Positions 37,643-48,174 of a DNA stretch of 64,000 nt are shown in pieces; the first letter of the stretch is position 1; each line of letters begins with the position of its first letter. The notes beneath the pieces were generated by a model, which made no database searches, was not told where the DNA came from, and saw nothing but the letters and a program-made list of their open reading frames with translations. The DNA lies in the IMG/VR virus record IMGVR_UViG_3300029787_004704, positions 32,001 to 96,000 of that record; one strand, given 5' to 3'. This stretch comes from a virus. Position numbers and translations under genes: made by a program.

Positions 37643-38061
37643 ACTATTAAATCTAAAATCGTTTGTAATTTTGTTTCAATTTGCTTGTTTTGTAAAGTTT
37701 TTCTCACACCTTCATGCAAAGGCAAAGGCCAAGCGTTTACACTGACCCATGCATAACCACTGTGTTCTACATTTAATTTTGGAACAAATTCTGTATCAAC
37801 CACACAAACAAAAGTGTGAAATTTAAACCTTGTGTCTTTGGAGACAAATAATTCTAACGGAATAGTTTTTGATATTGTTGGTTGAAAGCCTAACTCTTCG
37901 ACAATTTCTCTTTGAAGTCCTTGCCATGGAGTTTCTGTTTCGTGTGTTGAGCCACCAACCATACCCCATGTGCCTTTTTGTTTTTGTTGTCTGTTAAGAA
38001 ATAAAAACCGTTTTGATGATTTTGCATAGAACAAACAACCTGATGCTGTAATTTCACTCAT
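37639..38061 (-). CDS. NUDIX hydrolase
   Basis: WGMVGG.....ET...LQREIVEELG Nudix box. Confidence 0.85.
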   Translation of the reverse strand: MSEITASGCLFYAKSSKRFLFLNRQQKQKGTWGMVGGSTHETETPWQGLQREIVEELGFQPTISKTIPLELFVSKDTRFKFHTFVCVVDTEFVPKLNVEHSGYAWVSVNAWPLPLHEGVRKTLQNKQIETKLQTILDLIV

Positions 38062-38076
38062 GTAATATTTTATGCT

Positions 38077-39570
38077 TTAAAATGTGATAGACCAAGTTCC
38101 TGGCTCGTAAAATCCTTCATATGATTTTACCCAAATAGACCCAGTCCATTTGTATTGAATTCCAGTTGTTACATTGGTAACATATTGCACTCTGGTAAAG
38201 GAACTGTCACCATTAACCATGCCAGCAGTGCTGTCAACAAAAGTTGATGAATCTAATAATCCAAGACCTAGTTGAGTTGAATCATCTGAGTTAGCGTTAA
38301 AATCTACAATCCATTCAGTACCAACTTTTTCTATAATATCATTTGCTTGTGCAACAAGACTTCCCCATGGTGTGGTTTTATTTGCATCAAGAGTTGTTGA
38401 ACTTCCTATATCATCTGTAAGCAGATATCTTGTGCCTGCAACGTCATTGGTTGCATTATATGTCTGAGGATTAATTACAGCATCAACGGCATTGATAGTA
38501 TTTGTTGGAGTAGTGTCTTCATCTATTGTAATTAACATTGTTAATTCATCTTGCGGATCTAGTGCGATAGTGCCAGTCACTTCAACAATAATATCATCAC
38601 CATTTATAGTCGTGGCTGATTGTTGTAACTGTATTGTTGATAATCCGCCTCTAAATTGTTTAGAGTACAATGATTCTAGTTGTAACCAATTGGTGCGATT
38701 TCCATGCGTTGTATCTTGTTTGAATGCTTCATTATTTTTGTTATTCATGTGTCGTGTGTCGTTGCCCATTTGACTCAACAATGTTACTCTATTACCCAAT
38801 ACTAACAATCCATATTGTCCTGGAGTAACAAACTGTCTTGAAATTAAACTTTCACCTAATATACCATCCACGTCAACTGTGCCTGCTTCTTCATCATATA
38901 TACTCATGATAATTTTTTCTATTACACCTAATTTTTTTAGTTTGGCAGGTGGTGAAATAAAAATTGGTGTTCTAAAATCTAGTGTTGCTACATCAATATC
39001 ATCAGCAATTCCGGCCGGGATTGCCCTTGACGAAAAGTTTATGTTGGTAAGTTCTACAAATGACAATGAAGTCCAATCTAAAAAATTATCAGTAGTTTGC
39101 AATTCAAGTGCTGGATTGAATAATACTAAAATTTGTTCTAGTATTTGCAGTTTTTGATCTGTGTTGGTTGAAAAAATATCAGCTCTAAACGACAGTTCAA
39201 ATGGTGTAGGCATAATTCTCTCAATGGTATGAGCCTGTCCAGGCTGTGCTGTGTATGTTTGTGTAGCATCATCGAACTGTCTTTCGCGAATATGTTTTTT
39301 ATCAATGTGATATGGATTATACATTCTTTCTCTATCATATCTCATATCTGTAATATAACAAGAAATTTGTGGTGCTGGAATTAAAGTATTCTCAGATCCT
39401 TTTCTGATAATCTGTGCTACCTGTTTACTCATGTCGCCATATTTGACAGGCACTTGCAAAGTTTCAGACACGCCCTTAGAGTTTTTACCAGTCACATAAG
39501 AAAAATTACTCATCATGCGTATGAATTGTAAAATGTATCTTCTTATTTGAGCATCGTAAAAATGTTGCAT
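38077..39570 (-). CDS. tail terminator / sheath stabiliser (T4 gp15-like)
   Basis: FYDAQIRRY, VPVKYGD, MPTPF, QKLQILEQILVLFNP. Confidence 0.85.
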   Translation of the reverse strand: MQHFYDAQIRRYILQFIRMMSNFSYVTGKNSKGVSETLQVPVKYGDMSKQVAQIIRKGSENTLIPAPQISCYITDMRYDRERMYNPYHIDKKHIRERQFDDATQTYTAQPGQAHTIERIMPTPFELSFRADIFSTNTDQKLQILEQILVLFNPALELQTTDNFLDWTSLSFVELTNINFSSRAIPAGIADDIDVATLDFRTPIFISPPAKLKKLGVIEKIIMSIYDEEAGTVDVDGILGESLISRQFVTPGQYGLLVLGNRVTLLSQMGNDTRHMNNKNNEAFKQDTTHGNRTNWLQLESLYSKQFRGGLSTIQLQQSATTINGDDIIVEVTGTIALDPQDELTMLITIDEDTTPTNTINAVDAVINPQTYNATNDVAGTRYLLTDDIGSSTTLDANKTTPWGSLVAQANDIIEKVGTEWIVDFNANSDDSTQLGLGLLDSSTFVDSTAGMVNGDSSFTRVQYVTNVTTGIQYKWTGSIWVKSYEGFYEPGTWSITF

Positions 39571-39571
39571 C

Positions 39572-40723
39572 TTAATTGTCCGCTTGTGGTTTTAATAGTT
39601 TACTTAATGCAACACGTTCATTTGTAGTGCTTGAACCATCTTCCAATGTTGTTGTATTTGAGTTATTAATGAAACTTGATTTTTCTGTGCTTCTTGTGTT
39701 GTTTTGTGACATAGTCATTCTGACATTGTCTTCTATTTTTACAAAGCGTCTTCCATCAAATCTAAACAGTCTATTTGGTGCATAATCAGTACGCAAGAAG
39801 AACATGCCTTCAACCGGACTGTTTGGAAATGAAGTACCAAATGTGACTGTTTCGCCATTTGCATGAATACCATCACCAGTTAAGTATCCTTCGATATAAC
39901 CATTTGATTGTGGACTACCATAAACTTTGTCAACGTTAATGTGCCCTGTGCTTGTTAAAAGGTCGGCATCATCTACAGTAACAAGTGCAACTTTACCTTC
40001 TTCATCTGTAGGCATAACATGGAATTGTTGTGTGTTGTATCCTGACAATGGTGCGTCAGTTTCTGCCTGTGTCACTATCGCATCATTAATTTCTAGTTCT
40101 TTGTCTCTTGTTTTCTGATCAGTGTTTTCATCTTTGTCACCTAGTATATCTCTAAATTCTTGTGCGTCAGTTATACCTTTGACTCTAACTCTATATAAAT
40201 GTGGCCACCATGTTCTTGAATAACCTTCTGATGCTCTTGATACATCTTCAACCACGTAATATCTTTTTAATGTTTCGGTGTCAGTTTCGTCTAATGAATG
40301 GTCATCTTTTAAATGTGGCAACTCAATAACATCGCCTGACATAATTTTTCTACCCAGTGCTTCTACAATATCTTTAATATGAAATGTCATGAATAATTGG
40401 TCGTTTTGCAAGAACAGACCAAATTGTGACAGATCAAAATCTATATCTGATACATTGTATATTACTCTTGTGTGATAAACATCCTGATCATATTTTCTGT
40501 CTCTGTTTTCCAAGAACAACATGTCTTGTATAGCCAGTTCGTTGAGACCATCACCTGATCTCTGCGGTTGTGTAGCATCCTCAGATGAGCCTTGATCGTT
40601 GGGTGAAATGTATTTGTGTATGTAGGCATCTGTACCACCTATCTGAAACATTTCAGATATGTTGCGATCTATAAAAGCATAATCATTACCTTTTTCTGGT
40701 TTGAATAGTGATAGTCTAGGCAT
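39572..40723 (-). CDS. neck / head closure protein (T4 gp14-like)
   Basis: QDMLFLENRDRKYD, FDLSQFGLF, GDVIELPHL. Confidence 0.8.
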   Translation of the reverse strand: MPRLSLFKPEKGNDYAFIDRNISEMFQIGGTDAYIHKYISPNDQGSSEDATQPQRSGDGLNELAIQDMLFLENRDRKYDQDVYHTRVIYNVSDIDFDLSQFGLFLQNDQLFMTFHIKDIVEALGRKIMSGDVIELPHLKDDHSLDETDTETLKRYYVVEDVSRASEGYSRTWWPHLYRVRVKGITDAQEFRDILGDKDENTDQKTRDKELEINDAIVTQAETDAPLSGYNTQQFHVMPTDEEGKVALVTVDDADLLTSTGHINVDKVYGSPQSNGYIEGYLTGDGIHANGETVTFGTSFPNSPVEGMFFLRTDYAPNRLFRFDGRRFVKIEDNVRMTMSQNNTRSTEKSSFINNSNTTTLEDGSSTTNERVALSKLLKPQADN

Positions 40724-40767
40724 ATAACATATTTACCGTCCTTATCAATACGCCTATAAATAGTAGT

Positions 40768-41553
40768 ATGGCAGACACAGCATTATCCGAGGCAACTAAT
40801 AATCAGATCAACGCGGCAAAGCAAGAAATCTATGATTATGTTAAGATACGTTTGGGTGATGGAATGGTCGAAGTTGAACTTGATCCTAAACACCTAGAAA
40901 ATGCATTTGTTACTGCTGTTGACAAATTTAGACAGCGTTCATCCAATTCTGCAGAAGAATCATATGGTTTTTTAGAGTTACAGAAAGATCAAACAGAATA
41001 CACAATGCCAGCTGAAGTGATTCACGTCAGTAGAATTTACAGAAGAACAGTAGGTGGAGCATCATCGTCAGAGGGTGGATCTACATTTGATCCTTTTGAG
41101 TTGGCATACACCAACATATATTTGTTGCAGACAGGACGTATAGGAGGACTAGCAACATATGATATGTTTGCAGGATACCAGGAATTGGTTGCAAGAATGT
41201 TTGGTGGATTTATCAATTTTAAATACGACCAACCTACAAGACGATTACAGATATTTAGGCGACAAAAGGCAGCTGAAACTGTATTAATTGAGCAATACAA
41301 TCACAGACCAGATTTCATATTACTCACTGACATATATGCAAAGCCTTGGATCAGAGATTACACACTAGCTATTGCTAAATTTACACTGGGCGAGGCTCGT
41401 TCTAAGTTTACAACCATTGCAGGACCACAAGGTGGTGGACAACTTAATGGTGATGCACTCAAGGCAGAAGCACAAAATGAGATGCAGATACTTGATCAAC
41501 AAATAGGAAACTATCAAGAAGGTGGCACCCCACTTTCATTCACAATAGGTTAA
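40768..41553 (+). CDS. neck protein (T4 gp13-like)
   Basis: RLGDGMVEVEL, WIRDYTLA..K..LG.ARSKF..GPQGG..LNG. Confidence 0.85.
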   Translation: MADTALSEATNNQINAAKQEIYDYVKIRLGDGMVEVELDPKHLENAFVTAVDKFRQRSSNSAEESYGFLELQKDQTEYTMPAEVIHVSRIYRRTVGGASSSEGGSTFDPFELAYTNIYLLQTGRIGGLATYDMFAGYQELVARMFGGFINFKYDQPTRRLQIFRRQKAAETVLIEQYNHRPDFILLTDIYAKPWIRDYTLAIAKFTLGEARSKFTTIAGPQGGGQLNGDALKAEAQNEMQILDQQIGNYQEGGTPLSFTIG

Positions 41554-41582
41554 TTGACACATCACACATATTATTGTATAAT
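41554..41582 (+). promoter_or_regulatory. consensus sigma70 promoter, leaderless dNMP kinase
   Basis: TTGACA-N17-TATAAT-N6-ATG (41589). Confidence 0.8.
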
Positions 41583-41588
41583 GTGAGC

Positions 41589-42179
41589 ATGATCATAGGA
41601 GTATGCGGATTAATTGGTTCAGGTAAAGACACAATCGCAGAACATCTTATCAAACAACACAAGTTTCACAAGACATCATTTGCAGACAAACTGAAAGACG
41701 CAGTTGGTTCTATGTTTGATTGGGACCGTGACATGCTAGAAGGCAAAACAGAACCCAGTAGACAGTGGCGAGAACAACCAGATCCCTTCTGGACTGCTGA
41801 AGCAGGATTTGATGTATCGCCAAGATACTTGCTACAAAGGTTCGGAACAGAATGTATGCGTGAAGGATTTTTTGATGGCATCTGGGTGAGTCTAACCAAG
41901 AAGAAAATACTAGACAATCCTGACATTAGTTGGGTAATACCAGATGTAAGATTTCCAAATGAGATATCTATGATTAGAAACATAGGCGGACAAATTTGGA
42001 GAGTGCAACGAGGTACAGATCCTGACTGGGTTCATGATTATGTTGAAGGAAACAAAGAACCTAACGGTGTGCATCCTTCCGAATGGAGATGGTTAAATGA
42101 ACCATATGATGCCTTGATCCAAAACAATGATACTATTGGAGCATTACAAGAAGATGTTGATAGTCTTTTAGGATTCTAG
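41589..42179 (+). CDS. deoxynucleoside monophosphate kinase (T4 gp1-like)
   Basis: GLIGSGKDT, SFADKLK, PRYLLQRFGTE, DVRFPNE, HPSE. Confidence 0.92.
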   Translation: MIIGVCGLIGSGKDTIAEHLIKQHKFHKTSFADKLKDAVGSMFDWDRDMLEGKTEPSRQWREQPDPFWTAEAGFDVSPRYLLQRFGTECMREGFFDGIWVSLTKKKILDNPDISWVIPDVRFPNEISMIRNIGGQIWRVQRGTDPDWVHDYVEGNKEPNGVHPSEWRWLNEPYDALIQNNDTIGALQEDVDSLLGF

Positions 42180-42541
42180 TTGTCAGCAATCAAATCACCT
42201 TGACGCCAACCTTGTTTTTTTACATGTAACAATCTATTGCAATTTGCACACACAGTCTTTAGGTTGCTTGTGTTGTTATTGCTCATGTTGCCATCGACAT
42301 AATGCACATCAAGTTGATATGGATGTTGTGCGTTGAAGCCACACATTTCACAACTGTTTCTTTTTGTATATCCTGAACGTTGCCACGCAGGTGTTGATAT
42401 TGTAGATGAATTTGACTTTCTTATACAAGAGTCGCATTTTTTTCTGTAATAAATTTTGTCACCACGACGGTAATTGTATGCCGCAGGCTTGCTGTGACAT
42501 TCTTGACACAATGGTCTTGTTTGTTTTTTATCATTAAACAC
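42176..42541 (-). CDS. Zn-finger HNH-like protein
   Basis: Four CxxC pairs, LDVHYVDGNMSNN..NLKTVCANC; probable GTG start 5 nt after TAAATA. Confidence 0.7.
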   Translation of the reverse strand: MFNDKKQTRPLCQECHSKPAAYNYRRGDKIYYRKKCDSCIRKSNSSTISTPAWQRSGYTKRNSCEMCGFNAQHPYQLDVHYVDGNMSNNNTSNLKTVCANCNRLLHVKKQGWRQGDLIADN

Positions 42542-42654
42542 GCATATATTTATAAGCACCTTTCCGGTGCTCTTTAAATATGGCAATTTTGAGTATATAA
42601 ATCAGTCCTAATAGGTAAATATTCATAACGAATGTTTTTAAGGAGTAAAACAAA

Positions 42655-45600
42655 ATGGCATTAACATCACCAGGAGTAGAGGTATCCGTAGTAGACGAAA
42701 GTTTTTACGTCCCCGGTATACCAGGAGCAGTACCACTAGTTGTAGTTGCAACTGCTCAAGACAAAACATCAGGTACAGGTAGCGGCACAGCATCTGGTAC
42801 ACTGAGCGGCAACGCAAACGAAATATTTTTAATATCGTCACAGAGAGAATTAACTCAAACGTTTGGCGATCCAACATTTTACACAGACGCATCAGGAACA
42901 CCTATACAAGGTTATGAACTGAATGAATATGGCCTCCAAGCGGCTTACTCCTTCCTTGGAATTGCCAACAGAGCGTTTGTGATTAGAGCGAACATTGACA
43001 CTTCAGAATTAACCGGATCAGCAGATGCACCTGGTGGCACACCTAATGATGGTTTTTATTGGTTAGACCTAGCAAGTACAAACTGGGGAATCAAAGAGTG
43101 GAGTGAATCAACACAATCATTTACATCAAAAACACCAATCTTTATCACATCAACTGATGATGTGACTGGTTCACCTGCGGCACCTATTGCGGCAAAAGGA
43201 TCAATTGGTGATTACGCGATTGTGGCAACAAATCCTTTCAATAGATTATTTTACAAAACAAGATCAAACACTTGGGTAAGAGTTGGATCAGCTGATTCAG
43301 CTACAAAAGATGCATCATGGTCATCATCACATCCGATAGTGACAGGAACAGCAACGAATCCGACAATAACAAATTCAGAATCAGTTACAATTAACGGAAG
43401 CACTGTTTCATCACTAGGTACAACTGTGGCAACATTTGCATCAGCAATTAACAGTGAAGGCATTGAAGGTGTACAAGCGGCAGCTGTCGATGGAAAACTA
43501 GAAATATATGCGATTCCAGTAGCGTCAGGCGGAGACTCATCATCTTTGGCAGTAGGTGCTGTTGAATTAGATGAAGCTTCAGGAACACCTTTTGCAGATG
43601 CCGGAATAGCAGTAGGCACAGCAAACAGATTGTTTCCACCAAAAGTTTTCATAGGAACACACACTGAAGACTTTGGTTTCAGATCTGGAGATACTAGATC
43701 AAGACCAAGTGGATCTGTTTGGATACAACAAACAGCACCAAACAGTGGAGCAACCATATCAGTTAAAAAATATTCAGAAACTAATGGACAATTTGAATCA
43801 GTAAATGCACCTGTGTTTAAAACACACGAACAGGCATTACAACAACTTGATAAAGCAGGTGGCGGTTCAAACCTTACAGTGAATGATGTAATGGTACAAG
43901 TTAACACTACTGAAGATGAATGGGGCGATTCAACTAGAGATTCAGGCGAATTGATAGATTATGTTTTATTCAGAAGAGCAGTTGGAATTGGATCAAAAAC
44001 AAATATTACCTCAAATAAAATTACAACAAAAGCATCTGCAATTACAGCCACTGGTACTGTACGTATGGCAGAGACTATGGTCAACAATGCTACACAAACA
44101 AACAGTCTTTCAAATTTATTAAATGAAAAAACTGTAAGTGTAAGTGGTACAGATGCTGATGATGTTGTAGCTGGAATACAAGCGGCAGGATTTAAACATG
44201 TGTCAGCATCATATGACGCGACTACAAAAAGAATCACTGTATCCCATGACAAAGGTGGAAACATTTACTTTACAGATACTTCCAACAATCCAATGGGTGA
44301 CTTAGGATTTAATTCTACATTTGCAAACACTTACGGTGACAACACAAGCCTAAGTGCAGAGAAAATTGCAAACTTGTACACAGCGCCAACAGGTGACAAA
44401 GATGACTATTCAACAATCACAAGTAGTGATGGATTTTCATTTGTGGCATCCAATTGGCAACCAGTACAAAACACACCAGACTCAGGCACTACTTACACAG
44501 CAATACAAAGTGTAAATGAGCCATCAAAAGATCCGGCTAACAATCAACTTTGGTACAATACAACTGTTGATGAAGTAGATATTTTGATACATGATGGATC
44601 AGCATGGACAGGATACCAAAACGTATCATCAGATGCTAGAGGATTCAATTTAGCAAATACAGATCCAAAAGGTCCACAGGTTGTTGCAACTGAACCAACT
44701 ACACAGTCAGATGGTACAGCACTAGTAGACGGCGATCTTTGGTTGAATACATCAGATTTAGAAAATTATCCAAAACTTTACAGATATGATTCATCACAAG
44801 ATAATGGGCAAGAGTGGGTGTTAATTGACAACACAGACCAATCAGGACAGGACGGAATACTGTTTGCAGACTTTAGATTCCATACAGATCAATCTAAAGA
44901 TGTAGTAACTGAAGAGTCTTTGATTACTGACTTGTTAACATCAACTTACACTGATATTGATGCACCAACATCGGCTTTATATCCAAAAGGAATGTTAGGA
45001 TTTAATCTAAGACGTTCTGGATACAATGTTGCTAGATTCAAAAAAGATTACTTCACAAGAACTAACTTTGCAAGTGTTGTAACATATCCAGATCTACCTA
45101 CAGAAAAAGATGCATGGGTTTCTGAATCACCATTGAAAACAAATGGTGCACCAAACATGGGTAGGAAGGCACAGAGAGCAGTTGTTGTAGAAGCATTGAA
45201 ATCAACAGTAGCATCTACCACAGCACTAAGAGAAGAACAAAGAGAATTTAACTTGTTGGCAGCTCCGGCGTATCCAGAGTTAATTCAAGATTTAGAAACT
45301 CTTAATGCAGACAGAAAAGACACAGCATTTGTTGTTGGAGATACTCCATTCAGATTAGAAGCAACTTCAACTGCGGTTACAAACTATGCAAACAACACAG
45401 CAGGTGCGGCAGACAACGGAGAAGATGGACTGTTAACTACAGATTCATTCACTGGCGTTTATTATCCTTCAGGATTTACAACTGCTAACAGCGGTGAATC
45501 AGTTGCTGTTCCGGCTTCACACATGATGCTGAGAACGATTGCATTTAATGACCAAGTAGCATTTCCATGGTTTGCACCAGCAGGTATAAGACGTGGTAAA

Positions 45601-46098
45601 GTTGACAATGCATCATCAGTTGGATTTATTAACTCTGAAGGTGAGTTTGAAACTACACAGGTGTCAAATGGATTGAGAGATTCACTTTACAGTGTAAACA
45701 TTAACCCAATATCATTTGTGACAGGTGCAGGACTTACTGTATTTGGACAAAAAACAAGACAACTTACAGCATCAGCACTTGACAGAGTGAATGTTGCTAG
45801 ACTAGTTGCATTTGTTAGATTGAACTTAGATAAAATTGCAAGACCATTTATCTTTGAACCAAATGATACACTTACTAGAAATGAAATCAAACAATCAGTT
45901 GAGTCATTCTTGTTAGAATTAACTTCACAGAGAGCATTGTTTGACTTTGCTGTTGTGTGTGATGAAACTAACAACACACCTGGCAGAATTGATAAGAATG
46001 AATTGTATGTTGATGTAGCCATAGAGCCAGTCAAAGCAGTTGAGTTTATCTTCATTCCAGTAAGATTGAAAAACACAGGAGAAATTGGCGCCCTTTAG
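42655..46098 (+). CDS. tail sheath protein (T4 gp18-like, enlarged)
   Basis: MALTSPGVEV.VVDES, PWFAPAG..RG, FGQKT, LDRVNVARL, FEPND, VCDETNNTP. Confidence 0.95.
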   Translation: MALTSPGVEVSVVDESFYVPGIPGAVPLVVVATAQDKTSGTGSGTASGTLSGNANEIFLISSQRELTQTFGDPTFYTDASGTPIQGYELNEYGLQAAYSFLGIANRAFVIRANIDTSELTGSADAPGGTPNDGFYWLDLASTNWGIKEWSESTQSFTSKTPIFITSTDDVTGSPAAPIAAKGSIGDYAIVATNPFNRLFYKTRSNTWVRVGSADSATKDASWSSSHPIVTGTATNPTITNSESVTINGSTVSSLGTTVATFASAINSEGIEGVQAAAVDGKLEIYAIPVASGGDSSSLAVGAVELDEASGTPFADAGIAVGTANRLFPPKVFIGTHTEDFGFRSGDTRSRPSGSVWIQQTAPNSGATISVKKYSETNGQFESVNAPVFKTHEQALQQLDKAGGGSNLTVNDVMVQVNTTEDEWGDSTRDSGELIDYVLFRRAVGIGSKTNITSNKITTKASAITATGTVRMAETMVNNATQTNSLSNLLNEKTVSVSGTDADDVVAGIQAAGFKHVSASYDATTKRITVSHDKGGNIYFTDTSNNPMGDLGFNSTFANTYGDNTSLSAEKIANLYTAPTGDKDDYSTITSSDGFSFVASNWQPVQNTPDSGTTYTAIQSVNEPSKDPANNQLWYNTTVDEVDILIHDGSAWTGYQNVSSDARGFNLANTDPKGPQVVATEPTTQSDGTALVDGDLWLNTSDLENYPKLYRYDSSQDNGQEWVLIDNTDQSGQDGILFADFRFHTDQSKDVVTEESLITDLLTSTYTDIDAPTSALYPKGMLGFNLRRSGYNVARFKKDYFTRTNFASVVTYPDLPTEKDAWVSESPLKTNGAPNMGRKAQRAVVVEALKSTVASTTALREEQREFNLLAAPAYPELIQDLETLNADRKDTAFVVGDTPFRLEATSTAVTNYANNTAGAADNGEDGLLTTDSFTGVYYPSGFTTANSGESVAVPASHMMLRTIAFNDQVAFPWFAPAGIRRGKVDNASSVGFINSEGEFETTQVSNGLRDSLYSVNINPISFVTGAGLTVFGQKTRQLTASALDRVNVARLVAFVRLNLDKIARPFIFEPNDTLTRNEIKQSVESFLLELTSQRALFDFAVVCDETNNTPGRIDKNELYVDVAIEPVKAVEFIFIPVRLKNTGEIGAL

Positions 46099-46158
46099 AA
46101 AGGCGTAACAAGAATAATACTATAGAGCATAGTAAATACAATTAGGAGAAAAAACAAA

Positions 46159-46779
46159 ATGGCAATATCAACACTTTCAAAGTTTACAGTACCTTTAGCA
46201 AGTAACCAGTCTTCAAATACGCAAGGCTTGTTAATGCCAAAATTACAATATCGCTTTAGGGTGATACTTGAAGGATTTGGTGTGTCAACTCCTAGATCAG
46301 AACTTACTAAGCAAGTTGTAGATGTTACAAGACCTAACATTACTTTTGACCAAATCACACTTGATGTTTACAATTCAAGAGTGTACATGGCAGGTAAACA
46401 CACTTGGGATCCAATTACTCTTAATGTAAGAGATGATGTCAACAACGAAGTTACAAAACTTGTTGGTGAGCAATTACAGAAACAATTTGATTTCTTTGAA
46501 CAATCATCTGCCGCTTCTGGTATTGATTACAAATTCACAGGTAGAATAGAAATGCTAGACGGTGGTAACGGTGCCGACACAGTAAACGTTCTAGAAACTT
46601 ATGAATTATATGGTTGTTACCTAGACAACGTTCAATATGGAACAATGGCATATGCTACTTCAGAGCCTGTACAGATTACAATGTCAATCAGATATGACAA
46701 TGCAATCCAAACTCCAAGAGGATCAGGCGTTGGAGCAGACGTGGCTAGAACACTTGGAACTGCTGTAACAGGCGGTTAA
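46159..46779 (+). CDS. tail tube protein (T4 gp19-like)
   Basis: PKLQYRFRV, AGKHTWDPI, IRYDNA; follows the sheath. Confidence 0.9.
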   Translation: MAISTLSKFTVPLASNQSSNTQGLLMPKLQYRFRVILEGFGVSTPRSELTKQVVDVTRPNITFDQITLDVYNSRVYMAGKHTWDPITLNVRDDVNNEVTKLVGEQLQKQFDFFEQSSAASGIDYKFTGRIEMLDGGNGADTVNVLETYELYGCYLDNVQYGTMAYATSEPVQITMSIRYDNAIQTPRGSGVGADVARTLGTAVTGG

Positions 46780-46815
46780 TAAACCACCCACATCTTAAGT
46801 CAATAAATATCTTAT

Positions 46816-48174
46816 ATGAACTTTAGACAGTTATTTCTTGACCAGTTAGTCAACGGCGATACCATGAAGGATTACAAACATGCGGCTCGCTTGTACCTTG
46901 ATGAAGCGTTCAGACTGTCACCAAAAAATAGATTCTTATATCATGTAGTATTCAACATCAATCCTTTAGCCGCAGGCAACATGCTCAACAGAGCAAAAGG
47001 AGAGCAGATTGAACTAGGTATGCTTGTTAAAAGTGTTGATTTGCCTGCTTATCAGTTTAATGTTGAAATGAAAAATCAATACAACTATAAAAACTATGTG
47101 CAGACTGGAATTACCTATGAGCCAGTGACAATGACACTTCATGATGACATGGGTGATGTTGCAACAGCATTTTTTAAATCATATTATCAACATTATATGA
47201 CTGATACATTACATCAACAAGGTGAATACAACGCAATAAAATTCGATAACAAGAATACACCCGAGCCTGCCGCAGGTAGATGGGGTATGGACAACGGCGA
47301 GGACGAAAGATTTTTAAATTCTATTTCAATCTTTCAATTGCATAGACAGAGATTTACAGAATTTAGATTGATGAATCCAATTATAAATGATTATAGAAAT
47401 GGTTCGATGGATCAAGCTGATGGTGGAGGTATATCTGAACAATCCTTTAGTGTGTCTTATTCTGGTGTGCTAATTGAAGCAGGTGCAGTGCGTAGAGACA
47501 ACCCACAAGGGTTTGCAGTATTACATTACGATCGTTCACCTTCACCTATTTCACCACTAGGTGGCGGTACTGATTCTATATTTGGATCAGGTGGTGTGTT
47601 AGCAGGAATTTCTACAGCATTTGGATTAGCCAAGTCAGGCAATTTTTTAGGTGCATTGTTATCTGGAGTAACTACATACAAAACTATTAAACGTGGCAAA
47701 GCAACCCGCGGAGTCAAAGAAGAAATATTTGGACTTGCTGGTACTTTTCTAACCGGAGCTGTAAACAATCTAGGAGCAACCAGTAGGCCGGGAGTACAGT
47801 TCCCCAAAGACACAAGAAAAAGAAGACGCACAGCATTACCTATTGATTCTCAATTGAACAACGTAATCAAACAAAATACAACAAAGAAAACAGATAAAGA
47901 AATATTCTTAGCAGGCAATCAAGTAGCTGATTATTTGTCTTTAGACACCAATGCAAAATTAAAATTTGCAAAATTTGAAACTTTTAGACGTGACGTAAAT
48001 GTAGATGTGTCGTCTGTAGATGCAGAATGGAAAAAACTTTCAACTGAACAACAAAATAATTACTTGGAATTAACTCCAAATGAAGCAAAAAAACTTGTCA
48101 AAGATGGATCGCTAGTATACAAAGTATCCAAACAAAAATATAATGCTGTAATATCACAGCAAGGAAACACCTAA
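46816..48174 (+). CDS. baseplate tube cap/initiator (gp48/gp54-like)
   Basis: Tube-like fold motifs VKSVDLP..NQYN..YEPVTMTLHDD. Confidence 0.65.
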   Translation: MNFRQLFLDQLVNGDTMKDYKHAARLYLDEAFRLSPKNRFLYHVVFNINPLAAGNMLNRAKGEQIELGMLVKSVDLPAYQFNVEMKNQYNYKNYVQTGITYEPVTMTLHDDMGDVATAFFKSYYQHYMTDTLHQQGEYNAIKFDNKNTPEPAAGRWGMDNGEDERFLNSISIFQLHRQRFTEFRLMNPIINDYRNGSMDQADGGGISEQSFSVSYSGVLIEAGAVRRDNPQGFAVLHYDRSPSPISPLGGGTDSIFGSGGVLAGISTAFGLAKSGNFLGALLSGVTTYKTIKRGKATRGVKEEIFGLAGTFLTGAVNNLGATSRPGVQFPKDTRKRRRTALPIDSQLNNVIKQNTTKKTDKEIFLAGNQVADYLSLDTNAKLKFAKFETFRRDVNVDVSSVDAEWKKLSTEQQNNYLELTPNEAKKLVKDGSLVYKVSKQKYNAVISQQGNT

